Below, piece after piece: positions 25,353 through 31,166 of a stretch of DNA of 38,078 nt (the stretch's first letter is position 1; every line of letters begins with the position of its first letter). A program made the position numbers and the translations under genes. The DNA lies in IMG/VR virus record IMGVR_UViG_3300020036_000999, positions 1 to 38,078 of that record; one strand, 5' to 3'. The notes under the pieces are model-generated. The model ran no database searches. It saw only the letters and a list, made by a program, of their open reading frames with translations, and was not told where the DNA came from. The stretch comes from a virus.

Positions 25353-25932
25353 CAAAGATTTAGATATAGTAAGAGAAGCGGTAAAGTACAACAGTCAAAC
25401 AGGACACTTTTACAAAGGAGGCGCATCTACGCCTGCTGCACTTAACTGGAAAAACAAAAACGCAACAATCAACGTTAAAAAAAGTGGGCTGCACACTAAC
25501 TTTTTAGCGTGGAAGGTTGCGGTGTTTTTAGCCTACGGTTGGTATCCAGCGCATACTGACGCGGTAGAGTATTTAGATGACAATCCAACTAATCTGCGCA
25601 TCAGCAATATTAGAGTCATTAAAGCGTCTGAAGACGAAATGACCATGATTGACTTCTGTGATGAAAACGACTTGCGCTACCCTAGCGTGTCGGCGCTTAT
25701 GCGCGGCGAACCGTTTACCCGCCGAGTAGAGAACGGGTATTCAAGAGCGTATTTTAGTAAAAGCATACTAGAAGCTAATTGCGCCAAATTGCTTGCTAAG
25801 AAACTTCGCGATGAAGAAATAAGAGAAAAGCCCAGAACGCGACCAATGGGCAAACGTCGAAATGAACACTTTATGCAATTCTTGAGAACGCACACTATCG
25901 TGCCTAAAGGTTGGGAGATGACGTTATGTTAA
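25345..25932 (+). CDS. HNH_3-like homing-endonuclease-related protein with a degenerate catalytic motif
   Basis: AVEYLDDNPTNLRISNIRV aligns to the HNH_3 core vdHiDgn..nNri.NLr, with Tyr in place of the first His. Confidence 0.45.
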   Translation: MNDKDLDIVREAVKYNSQTGHFYKGGASTPAALNWKNKNATINVKKSGLHTNFLAWKVAVFLAYGWYPAHTDAVEYLDDNPTNLRISNIRVIKASEDEMTMIDFCDENDLRYPSVSALMRGEPFTRRVENGYSRAYFSKSILEANCAKLLAKKLRDEEIREKPRTRPMGKRRNEHFMQFLRTHTIVPKGWEMTLC

Positions 25933-26165
25933 AAGGCGACTCAGTACACGCAGGCGACCCCGTAGACGCACCAGCACATTATCAAGGTGACAAGATGCAG
26001 TGCATCGACGCAATGGAAGCAATGCTAAGTGTTGATGAATTCAGAGGATATTTGCGCGGTAATATTTTTAAGTACCAATGGCGTTTTAGAGATAAAAACG
26101 GTCTTGAAGACTTGCGCAAAGCACGGTGGTATTTAGACAGACTAATCAAATTGGAGAATTTCTAA
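25926..26165 (+). CDS. DUF3310-family protein
   Basis: PAHYQGDKMQCIDAMEA...LRGNIFKYQWRFRDKNGLEDLRKARWYLDRLI matches the DUF3310 pattern (p.HY....e.id.i.......gn.iKY..R...K.g.eDL.KA..Yl). Start refined to ATG 25926 (GGGAG SD). Confidence 0.7.
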   Translation: MLKGDSVHAGDPVDAPAHYQGDKMQCIDAMEAMLSVDEFRGYLRGNIFKYQWRFRDKNGLEDLRKARWYLDRLIKLENF

Positions 26166-26326
26166 TGTACGCATTTAAAAGTGGACCCGTAGACCAAGAC
26201 CCAACCATCAAAGCGCTACGCGGCGAGGATATGGAAAACTACATGAATTTGCTCAAATGGCTAGATACCGTGCCGTTTATCCCCTTGAAGGTAAGCGACA
26301 TTGTGTTGCCTTGGCGGGATAGATGA
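26165..26326 (+). CDS. Hypothetical protein (53 aa)
   Basis: Start refined to MYAFKSG (TAATG overlap with the DUF3310 stop). Confidence 0.4.
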   Translation: MYAFKSGPVDQDPTIKALRGEDMENYMNLLKWLDTVPFIPLKVSDIVLPWRDR

Positions 26327-26706
26327 AACCAAAGCTCAAAACGATGAATGGGGTGTGGATATGCTACACCCCTTGCTGCTCCATTCCGATGATGGCAGAC
26401 CACCCCAAAACAGCGTACTTAAGATGGAAATTTATCAATGCTAAGACCCAACCAGATAGAAGCTGTTGCCTTTTTGAGCCAAATAGACAAAGGGATGATT
26501 CTTGCCCCAGTAGGGGCAGGCAAGACAGCAATAACATTGACAGCGATGAAGGAGGCGCTCGACACGGGCAGAGTACGTCGGTTCTTAGTGATAGCGCCAA
26601 AGCGTGTCTGCACGGATGTGTGGACGATAGAGCCGGCGAAGTGGGCGCCAAGTCTGACAGTATCTATCGCCGTTGGCTCGCTAAATCAGCGTCTAGCAGC
26701 ATTTGA
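26323..26706 (+). CDS. Small ORF coupled upstream (MKPKLKTMNGVWICYTPCCSIP...AYLRWKFI...). Its 3' extent is uncertain because it runs about 270 nt out of frame into the helicase gene.
   Basis: ATGA overlap at 26323. The first 38 or so codons precede the helicase ATG. The remainder overlaps the helicase in the -1 register. Confidence 0.3.
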   Translation: MKPKLKTMNGVWICYTPCCSIPMMADHPKTAYLRWKFINAKTQPDRSCCLFEPNRQRDDSCPSRGRQDSNNIDSDEGGARHGQSTSVLSDSAKACLHGCVDDRAGEVGAKSDSIYRRWLAKSASSSI

Positions 26707-27724
26707 CGCGCCATCTCAGGTGGTTGTGACTAATTACGATACCCTTCAAACGCTACCGCCATTGCCTGACTTTGATGGCGTGGTGTTTGACGAATTGACT
26801 GTTTTGAAGAACCCGTCAGGCAAGCGTTTTAAAGCGCTGTTTGCGCGTATCAAAGACTTCAAAATTAAATGGGGGCTTACCGGTTCGTTTACCAGTAACG
26901 GACTTGAGGACGTGTTTGGGCAGTGCAAGATAGTGGACGCATCGCTTCTTGGTAAATCCAAAACCGCCTTTCTTCAAACGTATTTTGTGCTACTCAATAA
27001 AGACTTTGGTGAATGGGTTGCCAAGTCCACATCACTGCGTGACGTCATGGCGGAAATTAAACCCGCAACGTATCTTATCGACACGCAAGAGTACATGGAC
27101 ACTTTGCCCCCGCTTAACGTTGTGCCAGTCAAATGCGCGATGGATATGAAGCAATACGGTGAGATGAAGAAAGACTTTGTGGTGTACTACGAAGACAAAG
27201 AAATCATTGCGGTTAACGCCGCCGTAGTGGTCAACAAACTGCAACAAATGGCTAGCGGGTTTTCCTACATTGAAGGACACCCTACCACATGGTTCTCGCG
27301 CCACAAGTTTGACCGTCTTGATGAAATACTAGCGGAAAACCAACACGCCAATACGATTATCGTGTACAACTTTCAGGCAGAGCTTGAAGAACTTAAACGC
27401 CGATACCCAAACGCGCGGACAATCGACCAGCAAGGCGTCATTTCGTCGTGGAACGCAGGGCGAGTGGAATTGCTACTGGTACACCCTAAATCAGCAGGGC
27501 ATGGGCTGAACCTCCAATTTGGCGGCAGTAAAATGGTCTTCCTGTCGCTTCCTTGGTCACTTGATAGATATGAGCAGACCATTGGACGGTTGCACCGTAG
27601 TGGACAAAAGAGTGCCGTATATTGCTATGTACTGCTAACAGACAAAACCGTAGACGAGCGCATATTCGCAAGTCTGCATGACAAACGCGCAATCTCAGAT
27701 ATTGCCTTAGAGGAATTAAAATGA
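26438..27724 (+). CDS. SNF2/DEAD-like superfamily 2 helicase
   Basis: LRPNQIEAV, Walker A APVGAGKT, DEAD-like VVFDELT, and C-terminal motifs HPKSAGHGLNLQ and GRLHRSGQ. Confidence 0.85.
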   Translation: MLRPNQIEAVAFLSQIDKGMILAPVGAGKTAITLTAMKEALDTGRVRRFLVIAPKRVCTDVWTIEPAKWAPSLTVSIAVGSLNQRLAAFDAPSQVVVTNYDTLQTLPPLPDFDGVVFDELTVLKNPSGKRFKALFARIKDFKIKWGLTGSFTSNGLEDVFGQCKIVDASLLGKSKTAFLQTYFVLLNKDFGEWVAKSTSLRDVMAEIKPATYLIDTQEYMDTLPPLNVVPVKCAMDMKQYGEMKKDFVVYYEDKEIIAVNAAVVVNKLQQMASGFSYIEGHPTTWFSRHKFDRLDEILAENQHANTIIVYNFQAELEELKRRYPNARTIDQQGVISSWNAGRVELLLVHPKSAGHGLNLQFGGSKMVFLSLPWSLDRYEQTIGRLHRSGQKSAVYCYVLLTDKTVDERIFASLHDKRAISDIALEELK

Positions 27725-27900
27725 ACAACTTAACATGGCGCGACATCTTCTTTAATTTGAACAATTACACAGAAGGTGAATTACAGGTGATGATTGAGTC
27801 AGAGCGCCACGGTAAACGTAGACGCTCTATCTTGGTGCGGTTGCATCAGCGCTACTGCATACTCCGCGCTAATCGTGAGCGTGACGAATTACTCGCTTAA
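27721..27900 (+). CDS. 59-aa basic protein coupled to the helicase (not in the ORF track)
   Basis: ATGA overlap with the helicase stop. MNNLTWRDIFFNLNNYTEGELQVMIESERHGKRRRSILVRLHQRYCILRANRERDELLA. The 3' end overlaps the endolysin 3' end by 12 nt (convergent). Confidence 0.45.
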   Translation: MNNLTWRDIFFNLNNYTEGELQVMIESERHGKRRRSILVRLHQRYCILRANRERDELLA

Positions 27901-28335
27901 AAACAATTCTGCTTCCGCATTTCTGCGTCGAGTAAGCCCAGCTAATACTTTACCGCCGGCCTTGTTCCACCGCAGAAATTGCTCTGCTATTTCAGATTTA
28001 GGTTCTTTTGCTTTTAGCATCTTAACAAGCGTTGACGAAACTAAATTCCCGCTGCCAATGTTATAGCAGAGGCAAACTAGCGCATCGTATTCATTTTGGG
28101 TAAGCGGTTCGCCAATAGCGTTGACGGTATGCTCATAGGGCGCTAGCGTCTGCGCTAGTAAATGCAACGCCGCTGCTTCGCCCGGCAATGCCTGATTAGC
28201 TTTTACGGGCGTTCCATCCGCATAGCGCGTTGAGCCTATGCCAATTGTCCAAACACCTGCTGGGCATTTATAGCTTTGCAGTTTACAACCTTCAAATTCT
28301 TTAATTAGGGCTAACCCTTTCTCACCTATCTTCAT
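27889..28335 (-). CDS. Endolysin, GH24 (T4/P1 lysozyme family) with an E-8-C-5-T catalytic signature
   Basis: LIKEFEGCKLQSYKCPAGVWTIGIGST closely resembles the P1 Lyz core EGC.....Y.CPAGVWT.GIG. No N-terminal TM/SAR segment. Confidence 0.85.
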   Translation of the reverse strand: MKIGEKGLALIKEFEGCKLQSYKCPAGVWTIGIGSTRYADGTPVKANQALPGEAAALHLLAQTLAPYEHTVNAIGEPLTQNEYDALVCLCYNIGSGNLVSSTLVKMLKAKEPKSEIAEQFLRWNKAGGKVLAGLTRRRNAEAELFLSE

Positions 28336-28574
28336 TTTTTCCCCCGTAGCGATAAAATAGTCGTTAGCTTTTGTGTCAGCCGAATCATGTCGTTATCTAG
28401 CACCCGCACTTGGTCGATTAGCTCAATTAGCGCGTCTGTTGCTTCTTGCAAAATAGGCTTTACGACGGTGGTCGCCCAGAGCCAGACAAAGTAGACAATA
28501 TAGCCCATACCGCCAGCAGCGATAATTGGGAATCCATACTGGTTAATATATTTAGCGATAGCATCGGCGTCCAT
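28332..28574 (-). CDS. Single N-terminal-TM plus coiled-coil protein (holin/antiholin or spanin-like candidate), paralog A
   Basis: 80 aa. YGFPIIAAGGMGYIVYFVWLWA TM segment, then a helical region ..VRVLDNDMIRL... ATGA-coupled to the endolysin. Confidence 0.45.
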   Translation of the reverse strand: MDADAIAKYINQYGFPIIAAGGMGYIVYFVWLWATTVVKPILQEATDALIELIDQVRVLDNDMIRLTQKLTTILSLRGKK

Positions 28575-28837
28575 TAGCCTTTTCGCTCCACTGATGGGGG
28601 CTTGGGTTTTTCTTGCGGTATCTCAAGCGCCGTAGACGCTAATTCATCAATTCTAACGATGTCATGCGACATGGCTGTAACACGTTTATCTAGCTGCTTG
28701 ATAATACCAATCAGACTTTTAATCTTCTCAAGCACACTATCAAGCAGAAATTTCTGCGTCAGGTAGACGAAATACATTCCGCCAGTTGCCGCCGCAATAG
28801 GAAACCCTACGTCCGAGGCAAATTGCAGGAATTCCAT
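28574..28837 (-). CDS. Single N-terminal-TM plus coiled-coil protein, paralog B
   Basis: 87 aa. VGFPIAAATGGMYFVYL TM segment, then ..RVTAMSHDIVRI... Aligns to the 80-aa neighbour (GFPI.AA.G...VY ... D.[IV]R[LI]). The GFPI motif is reminiscent of YvrJ-family proteins. Confidence 0.45.
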   Translation of the reverse strand: MEFLQFASDVGFPIAAATGGMYFVYLTQKFLLDSVLEKIKSLIGIIKQLDKRVTAMSHDIVRIDELASTALEIPQEKPKPPSVERKG

Positions 28838-29049
28838 TATTTACTCGTCCACCAAGCGATGAAAGAGAACAGTGCGCCAACAGTAAAGACGATACCGCCG
28901 ATAAAGCCCTTGTAGCGCGTTTGCTCGGTTTTCATCTCGTCAAGCGCAGCTATGATAGCGTCTAGCTTTCTCCCTCTGTCTTCAAACACTTCTTCTAGTG
29001 CATCAATGCGCTGTTCTACTTTAGCTAAACGGCAGGCTTCGTCGGGCAT
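28837..29049 (-). CDS. Coiled-coil plus C-terminal-TM protein (XhlA-like architecture)
   Basis: 70 aa. An N-terminal helix (RLAKVEQRIDALEEVFE) and a C-terminal TM segment FIGGIVFTVGALFSFIAWW. Confidence 0.4.
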   Translation of the reverse strand: MPDEACRLAKVEQRIDALEEVFEDRGRKLDAIIAALDEMKTEQTRYKGFIGGIVFTVGALFSFIAWWTSK

Positions 29050-29056
29050 CTCGACC

Positions 29057-29413
29057 TCACTTCAAGAATCTAAGTTTATAAAGCACGGTGAAATAAGTTT
29101 CCATTACTCCATCGATTAGGTTTTGAATTGGCGTGTCATCTTTACCGCAGACTTTATAGCGGTTTTCGTCAATCCATGTCACTTGTTTCTTTAAGAAGTC
29201 TTCAATATTATCGACATTTTTACTGCCAATAATTTCTAAGTCTTTTAGCAGTTGATAACTGCCTTGATACGCCTCAACTAAGCCGTCCGCTTGTTCGATA
29301 ATCTCATGATAAAAGTCGTTTAGCGCCATGTGCGCGGCATAACTTCTAGTGCGTAGATGCTCACGGTGCGCAACATCTCTTGCAAGGAATAATAACGAAA
29401 TAAAATGCTCCAT
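29057..29413 (-). CDS. Hypothetical four-helix-bundle-like protein (Dps/ferritin-like pattern)
   Basis: 118 aa. AHREHLRTRSYAAHMALNDFYHEIIEQADGLVE resembles lH..hw.t.s...H.al.efy....d..D.l.E. Confidence 0.3.
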   Translation of the reverse strand: MEHFISLLFLARDVAHREHLRTRSYAAHMALNDFYHEIIEQADGLVEAYQGSYQLLKDLEIIGSKNVDNIEDFLKKQVTWIDENRYKVCGKDDTPIQNLIDGVMETYFTVLYKLRFLK

Positions 29414-29793
29414 TATAAGACCTTATCAATAGACACTTGTGAAATTGAGCCGCTATCAACAAGCAGTTGAAGCCAAGGCTCTGCATCGGAAACAAGCAGT
29501 GGTTGTGCAAACTCGACTTTCACTGTTGTGATTTCATCCGTCTTGTTATTATCCCATTTGATTTTCTCGGCAAGCGTTAATGCGTTGCGTATGTCGTCTA
29601 AAGATATGCGTTTTGGTAGTGCCACAGGAACAACAGGCGCGGGGGAAATGAAAATACCGTTAACATAGTCGTCACCAATGTTTGCTGTGTCTGATTTAAT
29701 AAGCACCCAATCACTAGGCATTAAATGTACATCTTCGTCACGCAAAACAAGGGTGTTCTCTACTTTTAAATTTAATATTTTTGCGTATCTCAT
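29413..29793 (-). CDS. Tail-fibre-associated small protein
   Basis: Start refined to MRYAKIL (GGAGAGagtgATG, TGATG overlap). The N-terminal pattern M.YAkI.n..V.N........d......W..i......iGD.Y.nG.F..P is common in fibre-module accessory proteins. Confidence 0.4.
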   Translation of the reverse strand: MRYAKILNLKVENTLVLRDEDVHLMPSDWVLIKSDTANIGDDYVNGIFISPAPVVPVALPKRISLDDIRNALTLAEKIKWDNNKTDEITTVKVEFAQPLLVSDAEPWLQLLVDSGSISQVSIDKVL

Positions 29794-30470
29794 CACTCTC
29801 TCCAAAAAATAAGGCAGTATCCGCCCGTGCCCGCGGTAATGTTAATAAACGAATTAGAAGAATCACTTTGATTGCTAACCCCTCTAGCGCCTTGACCACC
29901 ATACCCGTAAGCATTATTTAAAGGTGAGCTTCCGCCAGTGCCACCGACAACGAATAAATATTCTGTCTGCCCTGCGGTAAGAATAAACCCATTAGACCCC
30001 GTAGCGCCGTTATTCCCACCAAGCCCTCCAAGCCCTCCAAAACCGTGATATACGTTACCACCAACTTGAAAGAAATCGCCGTATCCTCCACCAGTACCGC
30101 CCGCAGCGGATAAAGAAACGCCTGTTCCGGTCACTGAAGACGTACCGCCCGCAGCGCCCCCTGCACCAGCAGAAGTAGCCGCCGCGCCGCCTGAGCCTAA
30201 AGACACAGTTAAATTTGACGTAATTTGAACGATTGCAGTGGTTAAATAGCCGCTACCTCCTCCACCTCCGCCGCCACCAGTTAGCTTAGTAGTTGATTGT
30301 CCATAACCGCCAGAACCCCCACCACCGCCACCACCAAGCAGAACAACCATACATTCAGTCACCGCGCCAGAAGGACGCGTCCATGTACCGCCGCTAGTAA
30401 ATGCTTGAGAACGATTCCACCCGCCACCAGCACCGCCGGTGCCTATAATAGCGCTCATTTGTAATGTCAT
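29793..30470 (-). CDS. Glycine-rich-domain tail fibre protein
   Basis: 225 aa. FTSGGTWTRPSGAVTECMVVLLGGGGGGGSGG, followed by further GGGGGGGGSG and GGAGGAAGG runs. Confidence 0.55.
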   Translation of the reverse strand: MTLQMSAIIGTGGAGGGWNRSQAFTSGGTWTRPSGAVTECMVVLLGGGGGGGSGGYGQSTTKLTGGGGGGGGSGYLTTAIVQITSNLTVSLGSGGAAATSAGAGGAAGGTSSVTGTGVSLSAAGGTGGGYGDFFQVGGNVYHGFGGLGGLGGNNGATGSNGFILTAGQTEYLFVVGGTGGSSPLNNAYGYGGQGARGVSNQSDSSNSFINITAGTGGYCLIFWRE

Positions 30471-30485
30471 TTTTTAAATCCTATA

Positions 30486-31166
30486 TTAAAGAACAATTAC
30501 CCAGCCTTTAGTGCTGCCGGTATATACAAGAGTTACGTTTCTATACGCAACATTTAATTCAAGATTTTGCACTGTCCCCATGATTTTTAAACCGTTAGGG
30601 TTAATAGTCAACGCGCTAGTGCTAAATGTACCAGCATAATCTGCTACAGCGACATAATCATTAGTAGCCGGAGAAGCAGGAAGGGTAATGGTGAACGCGC
30701 CGCCAGACGTATCGGCTAATATAGCATCCCCAACTAAAGCGGGGTCATAGGTTGCGTTTTTGTATATCCATTTTAAAAATACTTGCCCAGATGCAAACGT
30801 AATTGCACCCGTCATCGTGCCGCCAGCTAACGCAAGATAGCCTGCAATAGTTTGACCTGCATTGAAGACGATATTACCTGTCATCGTACCGCCAGCTAAC
30901 GGAAGAAACAGTGCAGCAGCGGCTGTTAATTGCTCATATCTTACGGAGTCACCATTCGATGTACCAGCGGCAAGCCCTGTGAGTTTCATTGCGTTCATTG
31001 GCAAGTTAGCAGACGGCGTAGATTGACCGTCACGCGTCAAGCAATTTGTCAAAGCTGTAGCAATGTCGGTATTGGTGTTGTTTGTCGTTGACGAAGAAAT
31101 CGTTGTGCCGGTGACAACGGGGTTGCCAGCGGGCAGACTATATGTTCCTGAGCCGTTAAAAGGCAT
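30486..31166 (-). CDS. Tail fibre protein (N-terminal virion-attachment domain)
   Basis: 226 aa. MPFNGSGTYSLPAGNPVVTGTTISS...N.DIATALTNCLTRDGQS...N..KLTGLA.G....DSVRYEQL is a recurrent fibre N-terminal signature. Confidence 0.6.
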   Translation of the reverse strand: MPFNGSGTYSLPAGNPVVTGTTISSSTTNNTNTDIATALTNCLTRDGQSTPSANLPMNAMKLTGLAAGTSNGDSVRYEQLTAAAALFLPLAGGTMTGNIVFNAGQTIAGYLALAGGTMTGAITFASGQVFLKWIYKNATYDPALVGDAILADTSGGAFTITLPASPATNDYVAVADYAGTFSTSALTINPNGLKIMGTVQNLELNVAYRNVTLVYTGSTKGWVIVL

